From positions 1 to 64,000 of IMG/VR virus record IMGVR_UViG_3300035698_016797: a stretch of 64,000 nt of DNA; one strand, 5' to 3'. How positions within the stretch are numbered: position 1 is the stretch's first letter; the number at the start of each line of letters is the position of its first letter. The position numbers and the translations under genes were made by a program. Below the pieces are notes generated by a model, which was not told where the DNA came from, made no database searches, and saw only the letters and a program-made list of their open reading frames with translations. This document shows positions 1 through 7,921 of this stretch, piece by piece. This DNA is from a virus.

Positions 1-279
1 ATAGGAGATATTCACGATTGTGGATATGAATACGCAGAACCCACATGGTCTGCTAAACAGATTCAAGATTGGTTTTTTAAGGACAATTTGACAACATGGA
101 TCATTGCCAAGTCAAAATATAAGTGGCTTGCCGCAACAAGACTAAAGAGGGTAGAGAAATACTACAAGCTTCTTAAGTATTGCGGTGGACCAGCATTCTG
201 GGCCAACAAAGGCTTAACACAAGAAGAACTTATAACCCTGTGCCAAAAGACTAAAAAGGAAGCTTCGGTAACTCAGTGA
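1..279 (+). CDS. 5'-truncated hypothetical protein (possibly DUF1353-like)
   Basis: Frame is open from base 1 (IGDIHDCGYE...); HDxxY motif; the stop overlaps the 5' end of tRNA-Lys. Confidence 0.45.
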   Translation: MGDIHDCGYEYAEPTWSAKQIQDWFFKDNLTTWIIAKSKYKWLAATRLKRVEKYYKLLKYCGGPAFWANKGLTQEELITLCQKTKKEASVTQ

Positions 280-337
280 TTAGAGTGGCGGATTCTTAAT
301 CCGTAAGTCGTGGGTTTGAATCCCGCTCGGAGCACCA
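262..337 (+). tRNA. tRNA-Lys(CTT)
   Basis: Cloverleaf; anticodon arm GCGGA-TTCTTAA-TCCGT; encoded CCA. Confidence 0.9.
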
Positions 338-350
338 ACTAAAACAATAT

Positions 351-426
351 ATCCCTGTAACTCAGTAGACAGAGTGACTGCCTCCTAAGCAGTAAGCCGT
401 AGGTGCAACTCCTACCAGGGATACCA
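351..426 (+). tRNA. tRNA-Arg(CCT)
   Basis: Acceptor ATCCCTG/CAGGGAT; anticodon arm ACTGC-CTCCTAA-GCAGT; CCA. Confidence 0.92.
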
Positions 427-505
427 AAATAAAAGACCTGCATATGACATGTATACAGGTCTTTGACTATTATATACAGAACCCTTAACCAAAAGGAGGT
501 ACATA

Positions 506-919
506 ATGGTTCATCATACAACAAACAAGGGTGATCTAGGAGAGTGTAAATGTAGAGTTGATCTTATTCAACGTGGCTACACTGTGCTAATGCCCTTAAC
601 ACAACAGGAGCCATTTGATTTAGTCGCTTATAAAGATGGAAAATTCATCCGAATACAAGTAAAGTACAGATCTGTTAAAAAAGGATCTCTTTGTATTATG
701 ATGAGAAGCACATGGGCTACTAAAGGCGAAATACACAAAAAACCAGTTGATAAAAATGAGATAGATGTATTTTGCGTTTACTGTCCAGAAACAGACGAGT
801 GCTACTACTTCAAGCCGGAAATTTGCGACAAAGCTTTTACTCTCCGGGTGGAGAGGCCGAAAAACAATCAAACAGTTGGAATCAATTTTGCATCAGACTT
901 CCGAGAAATACCCGAGTAA
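506..919 (+). CDS. Free-standing PD-(D/E)XK endonuclease (group I intron-associated PDDEXK_5-like)
   Basis: KGDLGE...PFDLVAYKDGKFIRIQVKY motif; directly after tRNA-Arg. Confidence 0.78.
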   Translation: MVHHTTNKGDLGECKCRVDLIQRGYTVLMPLTQQEPFDLVAYKDGKFIRIQVKYRSVKKGSLCIMMRSTWATKGEIHKKPVDKNEIDVFCVYCPETDECYYFKPEICDKAFTLRVERPKNNQTVGINFASDFREIPE

Positions 920-1082
920 TTTTTTTGGGAGAATGAAATGGAATGTAACATATGTAAAGTGTATATTTACGGAGATGACAGTTTGACCTGTCCCGAGTGT
1001 GAAGGGATGGTGTGCGCTAACTGTTTTCATCTGCTTACGAGTATGTGTTTTGATTGTTCAGACAAAATAAAGGAAAGATCGA

Positions 1083-1817
1083 ATGCGAAAAAACAACACA
1101 ACCTGGGACGAATATTTCTTTGGATTAGCGATGGTTTGCGCCTCAAGATCAAAAGACCCAAGTACCACAAACGGGGCGGTAATAGTCAACGAAGACGACT
1201 TGCCAGTAGGATTAGGATATAATGGATTTCTAAAAGGACTTGAAGATGTTGAAGAATACTGGAATGATAAGCTTGAAAAGTACAAGAGAGTTTACCACGC
1301 AGAGCGCAATGCTATAGCAAATGCCAATAATTCTGTCAAGGGGTGTAAAATGTACCTCTGGTCTTCTAAGGACTACTTTTCGTGTGAAGAGTGTGCGTCA
1401 TCAATTATCCAACATGGCATTTTAGAAGTTCACTTTATGAAAATTACAGACCAGGATACGAACGACTGGGGATTCGACAGTTCCAAGGAGCTTTTTGAAG
1501 AAGCTGGAGTAAAGATTTTTGTGCACGAAGATATCACAGATGAAGTCATTCTTCGAAAGTTAACCGAACTTAGAGGGAGCTGTAAGGATCTTGTGGAAAT
1601 AAAAAAGTCTATTGGCAAAGAAGTTGAAAATATGAAAATGTCGTTTGCTCAACAGATCATTTGCGATAAACTCATTCCACATATGCAATATGTTCCAGGT
1701 TTTCAGGGACACGGATTTACTCTTCGAGACGGTGACCTGAATCAAATAATGTCTCAAGAAGAAGCTAAGATTGTTAGAGAGTACTTGGAAAAATATTATA
1801 GAATCAGATTGCGTTAA
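1083..1817 (+). CDS. dCMP deaminase with C-terminal extension
   Basis: WDEYFF..A...RSKDPST..GAVIV; HAERNAI; CEECA zinc motif. Confidence 0.88.
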   Translation: MRKNNTTWDEYFFGLAMVCASRSKDPSTTNGAVIVNEDDLPVGLGYNGFLKGLEDVEEYWNDKLEKYKRVYHAERNAIANANNSVKGCKMYLWSSKDYFSCEECASSIIQHGILEVHFMKITDQDTNDWGFDSSKELFEEAGVKIFVHEDITDEVILRKLTELRGSCKDLVEIKKSIGKEVENMKMSFAQQIICDKLIPHMQYVPGFQGHGFTLRDGDLNQIMSQEEAKIVREYLEKYYRIRLR

Positions 1818-1818
1818 T

Positions 1819-1847
1819 TTGACAAGTGTCAACTGTTCAGGTATAGT
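1819..1847 (+). promoter_or_regulatory. Sigma70-type promoter
   Basis: TTGACA-17 nt-TATAGT. Confidence 0.75.
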
Positions 1848-1991
1848 ATCTAATGTGAGGACCGATATAAACTCACACGCTAAAATACGCTGACAAAAAT
1901 AAAGAGGCTCGTTATTTCACTATTGCATTGAAATACAGCTCAAGGTGCCCCAGCTCAGCTCACCTTATCGGGAATAAAACGGGGCACCTTT

Positions 1992-2327
1992 TTATTGGGG
2001 AAGATTTGGGTCAAACGTTTCTATCTTAAGGTTGCAAGGGCGCATTGCTTCATCAACACTGGCGTCCAAATGCCCCTCAGAGCGAGATACGGCCATTCTA
2101 AGCCACTTCTGGAACTTTTCCGACTCTACCATGCGCTTAAAGGCAATCTTCTTGTTACGTCCTTGTTTGCGCGTTTCACGACACTCTCCAACCGCCTTAG
2201 AGTCTCTATGCACAATACGCACACCGCTATTGCAGGTGTTCTGATGTTGGCCACCCTTTCCTCCAGAGCGAAATGTCTGAACGTCTAGGTCTTTTTTGGT
2301 TACACTAAGTATAGGTGTTCTTTTCAT
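1992..2327 (-). CDS. Peptide chain release factor-like protein / peptidyl-tRNA hydrolase (ArfB-like)
   Basis: FRSGGKGGQHQNTCNSGVRIVH (GGQ motif); single RF-1 domain. Confidence 0.88.
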   Translation of the reverse strand: MKRTPILSVTKKDLDVQTFRSGGKGGQHQNTCNSGVRIVHRDSKAVGECRETRKQGRNKKIAFKRMVESEKFQKWLRMAVSRSEGHLDASVDEAMRPCNLKIETFDPNLPQ

Positions 2328-2333
2328 AATGTT

Positions 2334-2408
2334 TGGCTGTCCTACTAGGATTCGAACCTAGACTAGCTGGTCCAGAGCCAACCGTGCTTCCAATTACACT
2401 ATAGGACA
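2334..2408 (-). tRNA. tRNA-Gln(CTG)
   Basis: Acceptor TGTCCTA/TAGGACA; loop CTCTGGA; CCA. Confidence 0.92.
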
Positions 2409-2420
2409 ATCCTTTCTTTG

Positions 2421-2996
2421 TTATCTACGAGATCTTATTGCAGGATCAGGATCAATATGAGGAGTTTGTACGAAATTGGCAGTGTACTCTCTAGTTAGTG
2501 GAGTTCTACCATTCTCTGCTAAAAACTCTTCCCTTTGACGTCTTGCTATTTCCTGATTAATACGCTCTCTTTCTAATGTCATATCAATATTTGGATATGC
2601 CTCTTCAAAACGATTCCAAGTTCCATAGTTGTTTGGATTCTCATTTCTAAAAAAAACTATCATTCCAATTTGATTAAAGTTGTTTTTAAGGACATGAATA
2701 TTTCGTATTGAATGACGACGTCCCCTAAAAGACCTGTGCCCTTGAGCAATATCTCTAATGAGCAAAGATACACAAGGGAATGACAAAGAGTGCATTTGTG
2801 CCGAAAATGACTCATACCTATCATTCGAATGTAGGTGTTGCAAATTTCCAGCTCTATCTAAAACTCCAGCTTCAGCTCTTAGATCAAGAGAAAAAAGACA
2901 AACCCTTTCGTTTCTCATATCAATAATGTCCAGTTCGAATTCGTTTGTTTCCAATATTACTACGTTTCTTGAATTGCCTAGTCTTGAGTTTAACAT
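2421..2996 (-). CDS. Hypothetical protein
   Basis: Start trimmed to MLNSRL because the upstream part of the ORF call overlaps tRNA-Val. Confidence 0.55.
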   Translation of the reverse strand: MLNSRLGNSRNVVILETNEFELDIIDMRNERVCLFSLDLRAEAGVLDRAGNLQHLHSNDRYESFSAQMHSLSFPCVSLLIRDIAQGHRSFRGRRHSIRNIHVLKNNFNQIGMIVFFRNENPNNYGTWNRFEEAYPNIDMTLERERINQEIARRQREEFLAENGRTPLTREYTANFVQTPHIDPDPAIRSRR

Positions 2997-3008
2997 TGTA
3001 ATCCTTTC

Positions 3009-3085
3009 TGGTGGGGTGTGCCAGACTTGAACTGGCGACCTCCTGAATGTCACCCAGGCGCTCTAGCCAACTGAGCTAACACCCC
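3009..3085 (-). tRNA. tRNA-Val(GAC)
   Basis: Acceptor GGGGTGT/ACACCCC; loop GTGACAT (atypical G32); CCA. Confidence 0.85.
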
Positions 3086-3260
3086 ATCTAATTTCTTTCC
3101 TTGAAAGCGCCGTTATGACGCCAAGTGGCCAAAAAACAGTATTGACAATCCACACCGTTGGAACTCTCCAATATGACCACCCATAAGCTTTAATCTGTCT
3201 GCTAACAGCATACATACCCCACGAGATGGCAAACGGTGCATTGATATACCAATAGTTCAT

Positions 3261-3914
3261 TTACTTCTCCAATTCTACATTCCAATACATATCGCTAATG
3301 AAGTCTTCCCAAGATTTAGGTACACGCTTGAACGGCTTGTTCTTTGCGCTGTATACTGGCTCTATAGGGTCACTAAGCAAAGTCATACCACAATCTTTGA
3401 GAAGCATACTTCCCTTTAGGTTATTACACCTCTTACACGCAGTGGCAACATTTTTCCATTCTGTAGTTCCACCTCTGCAACGAGGATTAATGTGATCAAT
3501 ACTTAAATCTTTAGGGCTGAATCCTATTCCGCAATACTGACACACATACTGGTCTCTTTGAAAAACTGCTCTGCGTGTCAAAATTGCCTTGGTATACTTA
3601 CGCTTCTGATATTTGTTGAGAACGATGATTTCTGGAACCTTAATAGTTATTCCTGGAGAGCGAACCATTCCATTAGGATTCCTTTCCATCTCTTGAGCCG
3701 CAAGTACTGCATCGGACCAATTTGTGACCCATTCATCCCATGTGTATAGCTCACATGCTGAAAGTTTGCCATCTTCCTTCGTATATTGAAGAATCTTGGC
3801 TTTGTCTTGAAAAACCTTAATGATTGATCTATACGCAGGAATAAATCCCGCATACTCCCAACGGTGTCCTTTTTGGTTTACAACAAGAACCTTGCTATAT
3901 CTCAAAGCTTCCAT
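3261..3914 (-). CDS. HNH endonuclease (McrA-like)
   Basis: RRAVFQRDQYVCQYCG...IDHINPRCRGG...NVATACKRCNNLKG. Confidence 0.9.
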   Translation of the reverse strand: MEALRYSKVLVVNQKGHRWEYAGFIPAYRSIIKVFQDKAKILQYTKEDGKLSACELYTWDEWVTNWSDAVLAAQEMERNPNGMVRSPGITIKVPEIIVLNKYQKRKYTKAILTRRAVFQRDQYVCQYCGIGFSPKDLSIDHINPRCRGGTTEWKNVATACKRCNNLKGSMLLKDCGMTLLSDPIEPVYSAKNKPFKRVPKSWEDFISDMYWNVELEK

Positions 3915-3933
3915 TTTTATAACTCCTTACGTT

Positions 3934-4011
3934 TGGCGGGAATGACGAGACTCGAACTCGCAACCTCCGACGTGACAGGCCGGTGCTCTGGACCAATTGA
4001 GCTACATCCCC
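3934..4011 (-). tRNA. tRNA-Asp(GTC)
   Basis: Cloverleaf; GTC anticodon; GTTCGAG T-loop; CCA. Confidence 0.93.
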
Positions 4012-4017
4012 ATATTG

Positions 4018-4093
4018 TGGTGAGCGTAGCAGGACTCGAACCTGCGGTAACCTCCTTGTAAAAGAGGGGCTTTTGCCACTAAGCTATACGCCC
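4018..4093 (-). tRNA. tRNA-Val(TAC)
   Basis: Anticodon loop TTTACAA; CCA. Confidence 0.9.
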
Positions 4094-4333
4094 AATATTT
4101 CTTTCAATCCATCATCTTCTGTAGTGTCTGATTGAGTTTCTCTTCCATACCACTGTTCGCGTTGACGTGTTACCGTCTCAAACACTTTTAGGCAGTTACA
4201 CAGATAGTCTCGCAAAATAAAGTCTGGTGTATTACTATTTTTTTCCTTACTGTAGCGATTTATCAAACTAGTTAACTCACTTCTAAAATCTGGAGCATCT
4301 GCTTTTTTACTCATCTTTTTCATCTTTCTATAT

Positions 4334-4408
4334 TGGGGTGGTATACGAGAGTTGAACTCGCTCTAACTGGGCCACAACCAGTCGTGCTACCACTACACTA
4401 ATACCACC
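4334..4408 (-). tRNA. tRNA-His(GTG)
   Basis: Encoded G-1; acceptor GTGGTAT/ATACCAC; GTG anticodon; CCA. Confidence 0.92.
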
Positions 4409-5073
4409 ACCTATTTCTTCTTTTCTTCATCTTTCTTCCTGAAAATTCTATCATATCCTTCGTCCCATTTCTTTTTGTCACAAGGACGTGGTTTGTCACC
4501 TTTGCCTGCCATGCTAATCTCCTACTTCAATACCAATGTTGATATCTTGGAAGCTTCCTCTATTCTTTCTGAATCAGCCTCCATTTCGTCTAGTAAGTCT
4601 GCATGAAACTCTAACGAGAAATCACCAGCTCTAATCAGACCAACCAAAGCCTTGGTGTCACCGTTAAGCCTACTAATACGATCCATGGTACTAATAACCT
4701 CGTTCGTATTTCTGATCAACTCTACAATATCAAATTTGCTTTCCATGTGTTTTACCTTCTTGCTATTTCGACTGCCATTTTAAGAAGTTTCCATTTCGTA
4801 CGAGTAATGTCATCTACATTCTCCGGTTCATATCTAAGGATGTTTTGAGCCGCTTCTAAGAGACCGGGAGAAGAGGATCTTAATCGAGCGTTGACTTTTA
4901 TCTCATCACTGACATCTGGGTCATCTTCTATACACTTTAGACAATCATTGCCCAATTCAACACCGTGAATACAACACCCTGACCCAAAGTGACAAGACCG
5001 AGGAACTAATTGGTTTTCTTTATCTTTTCCTGGACCTAAATCCCATTCTAAATTTTTCATATCGTAACCTTTC

Positions 5074-5152
5074 TGGTAGCTCCAGGGGGATTTGAACCCT
5101 CCGTCTCTGCCTTGAGAGGGCAGCATCCTAAACCTAACTAGACGATGGAGCC
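5074..5152 (-). tRNA. tRNA-Glu(CTC)
   Basis: CTGCC-CTCTCAA-GGCAG anticodon arm; CCA. Confidence 0.92.
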
Positions 5153-5168
5153 TCATTCTTTTGATTAT

Positions 5169-5243
5169 TGGCAACCCCACGGGGAATCGAACCCACGCTT
5201 TCTTGGATGAAAACCAAGTGTCCTACCAATAGACGATGGGGTC
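5169..5243 (-). tRNA. tRNA-Glu(TTC)
   Basis: CTTGG-TTTTCAT-CCAAG anticodon arm; CCA. Confidence 0.92.
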
Positions 5244-5249
5244 ACATTT

Positions 5250-5327
5250 TGGTGGGCGTAGAAGGATTTGAACCTTCGATTTCCTCCTTATCAGGGAGGC
5301 GTTCTAACCTGGCTAAACTATACGCCC
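5250..5327 (-). tRNA. tRNA-Ile(GAT)
   Basis: CCTCC-CTGATAA-GGAGG anticodon arm; CCA. Confidence 0.93.
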
Positions 5328-5500
5328 TCATTGACCAAGTCATCCCATTCAGCATCCATTTGCTGTAGGGCAACTGCAATCTGCTTCTTACCTTCTCTTC
5401 TAATCTTCTTTTTGAGAACTCTTTTAATTCTCTGTCTTGCTGGCTGAGACTCTTCTTCTAATGCATAACTTACAATACATTCTTTCATTTTCAAACTCCT

Positions 5501-5574
5501 TGGCTACCCTTCTAGGACTCGAACCCAAACTAACTGGACCAAAACCAGTCGTGCTTCCATTACACCAAAGGGTA
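5501..5574 (-). tRNA. tRNA-Gln(TTG)
   Basis: Cloverleaf; TTG anticodon; CCA. Confidence 0.92.
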
Positions 5575-5970
5575 TCATTTAACACATAGAGAACTTACTA
5601 CCTTTTTCAACTTTGTCAACCAATGATTCTTACCTTTCTTGATAAATGGGTCTATTTCACCCTTGTCGAAAAACAATCCTCCGCAAAATGTACACTTGTC
5701 TAGTTTGATACCTTCCTCTATCCAATAGCACATTTCACCTCTCGAACACTTTGGACATAGGTGATCCAATACAACCACCATCTTGCCACGACTCATTCGT
5801 TCCGCCTTCGCTTGTTTAGAAAGCTCTGTTATGTCTTCCTGCCTACCGGTTCTAATTTTTTCCAATTCTCCTTCATCGAGCCATATTGAATTGCAAACTT
5901 CGCACCAGTCAATAAGAACTCCTTCAAGAATTGTCTGTTTGGTTTTAGCATTACATCTTAAACATAACAT
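5575..5970 (-). CDS. Tandem zf-TFIIB-like zinc-ribbon protein
   Basis: Two CxxC...IDxCxxCxxxWLDxGE repeats. Confidence 0.75.
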   Translation of the reverse strand: MLCLRCNAKTKQTILEGVLIDWCEVCNSIWLDEGELEKIRTGRQEDITELSKQAKAERMSRGKMVVVLDHLCPKCSRGEMCYWIEEGIKLDKCTFCGGLFFDKGEIDPFIKKGKNHWLTKLKKVVSSLCVK

Positions 5971-5979
5971 TGCTCTCTC

Positions 5980-6291
5980 CTATTGATAATGTAGCTCTCT
6001 ATGGCAATTTGCACAAATAAGAATGCATTTTGCCACCTCTGCATCTATTCTGCTTTTACTCCACTTATCCTGTGAAGCTCTGTTTAGACCGTCTCCCTTC
6101 TCACTGACGTGATGAAAGTCCAAGGCACCGACACACTTATTGTATCCACATATGGAACAGCCTTTAATCTTAAAGCCGTCTATATATTTCTTAACTTCGG
6201 CCCTTCGTCTTGCCTGCTTGGACAAGTATTCTTCTTTATTCTCTCTGTAATGATTGTGTTTCCACAACTTTTGTTTTTCTGATTGTCTCAT
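5980..6291 (-). CDS. Small HNH endonuclease
   Basis: CSICGYNKCVGALDFHH...KCILICANCHRELH; start trimmed to avoid tRNA-Pro; paralog of 62034-62429. Confidence 0.8.
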   Translation of the reverse strand: MRQSEKQKLWKHNHYRENKEEYLSKQARRRAEVKKYIDGFKIKGCSICGYNKCVGALDFHHVSEKGDGLNRASQDKWSKSRIDAEVAKCILICANCHRELHYQ

Positions 6292-6307
6292 ATGATACCT
6301 ATTAAAT

Positions 6308-6384
6308 TGGTCTGTGCGGCAAGATTTGAACTTGCGATTTCTTGGTCCCAAACCAAGCGTGATACCAGACTTCACTACGCACAG
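6308..6384 (-). tRNA. tRNA-Pro(TGG)
   Basis: CTTGG-TTTGGGA-CCAAG anticodon arm; CCA. Confidence 0.93.
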
Positions 6385-6399
6385 TCACACACTTTTACT

Positions 6400-6476
6400 T
6401 GGTGGAGCTACTCGGAATCGAACCGAGGACATCCTGCTTGCAAAGCAGGTGCTCTATCCATCTGAGCTACAGCCCC
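6400..6476 (-). tRNA. tRNA-Ala(TGC)
   Basis: GGGGCTG 5' end with G3:U70; TGC anticodon; CCA. Confidence 0.94.
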
Positions 6477-6477
6477 A

Positions 6478-6512
6478 AACAAAAGCCCCTGAGGATTTCT
6501 CCTGAGGGGCTT
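6478..6512 (-). terminator. Intrinsic terminator / attenuator directly upstream of the tRNA array
   Basis: Minus strand AAGCCCCT-CAGG-AGAAAT-CCTC-AGGGGCTT followed by TTGTTT. Confidence 0.75.
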
Positions 6513-6544
6513 CACTCTCTACGATATAACTAGGAAAGTACGTC

Positions 6545-6637
6545 CTAGACACACACGAGACAGCCCCTGCCGCATGGTGCGACCGGAATGGCTTCTTGTA
6601 CATCAAGATGCTGTCTTTGTGTTTTGTATAGTCTCAT
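6545..6637 (-). CDS. 30-aa leader peptide MRLYKTQRQHLDVQEAIPVAPCGRGCLVCV
   Basis: AAAGGAAAG ribosome-binding site; lies just before the terminator; contains AGGGGCT, complementary to the terminator 5' arm. Confidence 0.65.
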   Translation of the reverse strand: MRLYKTQRQHLDVQEAIPVAPCGRGCLVCV

Positions 6638-6693
6638 AATGCTTTCCTTTCCATAAACGAATTGAATGCTTCTTTTTCTACTCTCTACATATA

Positions 6694-7194
6694 CTACTCT
6701 CTTAATTGAGAAATGTCAACACCTTTTGACAAATTTTCTTTTTTTCTGCCTCTTTTTTCAGTTCTTGCTGGAATTGTGAGGGTTTTTAGCAGTCTGCTGA
6801 TATCATTGTATATAGTGGCAATGGATGGACTGGGTCCATACTTCATGCCGTATATACCTTGCACATGGCGAGCAGATGGGGTTCCGTCAAACTCGTCTAT
6901 GATACATCTTACTCTTCCTCTTCTCTGACTTATTCTGTTTTGATTTTCAGTGACGAGGTCGAGCGGCCCCTTTACTCTATATCTAGTTTTACAACCACAC
7001 GAAATGGGACTTTGCAATCTTCCCACTTTAGTAAGACTATACAGGTGCTTCTCGCAAAGGTTTCCACACTCACATCTACAAATGGCCATTGTTCTATACT
7101 GAGAGCTAATCTGACGACGTTCAACGCCAACAATGGTTAGAGCATCAACTACCTTTCCTATATGTTTTCTTCCGGCCAGTCTTTTCATAACCAA
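6694..7194 (-). CDS. Hypothetical DNA-binding protein (CxCxCG...SCGC module seen in phage homing endonucleases)
   Basis: CRCECGN...ISCGC. Confidence 0.5.
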   Translation of the reverse strand: MVMKRLAGRKHIGKVVDALTIVGVERRQISSQYRTMAICRCECGNLCEKHLYSLTKVGRLQSPISCGCKTRYRVKGPLDLVTENQNRISQRRGRVRCIIDEFDGTPSARHVQGIYGMKYGPSPSIATIYNDISRLLKTLTIPARTEKRGRKKENLSKGVDISQLRE

Positions 7195-7216
7195 CTCCTT
7201 ATCGTTATCTCTTCCA

Positions 7217-7582
7217 TTAAGAAACTGTTATTGGCTTGTGTGGCTGCGTTTCTGTCGTTCCATTGTCACTCTCCAATATAGCCTCTAGTCTGTCCGTTTT
7301 AATCTTCATCCAAGATCGGACGTCGTCTTGTCCAAAAAACAAAGAGATTTGATCCGCCATCATTCGGACGTCTGCCAACTCTTCAAGCACCGCCTCTTTG
7401 CCCACCCTTCCTCTACTGAAGTGCATCAGGGCGACTACCAGTTCTGCCATCTCTTCTAGGAGTAGTCTCTCTTGAGACTTTATGCCCCACTTTTCAACAG
7501 CCTGTACCATTAGGGATTCGGCCCTGTTGTGATAGGAGATCTCTTCTCCATATTCGTTTGTATATGTGTATTCTGGAATCAT
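7217..7582 (-). CDS. MazG-like NTP pyrophosphohydrolase
   Basis: LLEEMAELVVAL...VLEELADV (ExxE...EExxD). Confidence 0.72.
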   Translation of the reverse strand: MIPEYTYTNEYGEEISYHNRAESLMVQAVEKWGIKSQERLLLEEMAELVVALMHFSRGRVGKEAVLEELADVRMMADQISLFFGQDDVRSWMKIKTDRLEAILESDNGTTETQPHKPITVS

Positions 7583-7585
7583 ATA

Positions 7586-7921
7586 TTAGTCCTCTCCTAG
7601 TTTTCTCATTATGATCTTCTTTTTCCTATTCATCCAGTATATCTTAGCTTTATTCATTCCGTTACTCAGACCAAGGTCTGTATAGAAGACAATATAGTCC
7701 GCACATTCTCCCCATGCAAATCCAGCCTCAATACCTAGTTTTCGATCTTCAGGTATTTCATCACAGAGGATTCCTTCCTGAGTATAGAGCAAATGACTAG
7801 CAATAGGAGCTTCACCCCTATGAAGGGCGTCTGCCATACATTTACGGGCGTATGTTACATTCTCTTCTATTCTTCCTGCGTAGGGGCTTTCAATTACAAT
7901 TCTTATCATCTTGTTCTGCAT
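7586..7921 (-). CDS. DUF4406 / nucleoside deoxyribosyltransferase-like protein
   Basis: IVIESPYAG...GEAPIASHLLYTQ...LGLSNGM. Confidence 0.62.
   Translation of the reverse strand: MQNKMIRIVIESPYAGRIEENVTYARKCMADALHRGEAPIASHLLYTQEGILCDEIPEDRKLGIEAGFAWGECADYIVFYTDLGLSNGMNKAKIYWMNRKKKIIMRKLGED

Noticed and set aside
5061-5368. ORF calls running through tRNA genes (also 2997-3053, 3864-4061, 6283-6505)
   Set aside because: Translations of tRNA sequence; starts were trimmed or ORFs discarded
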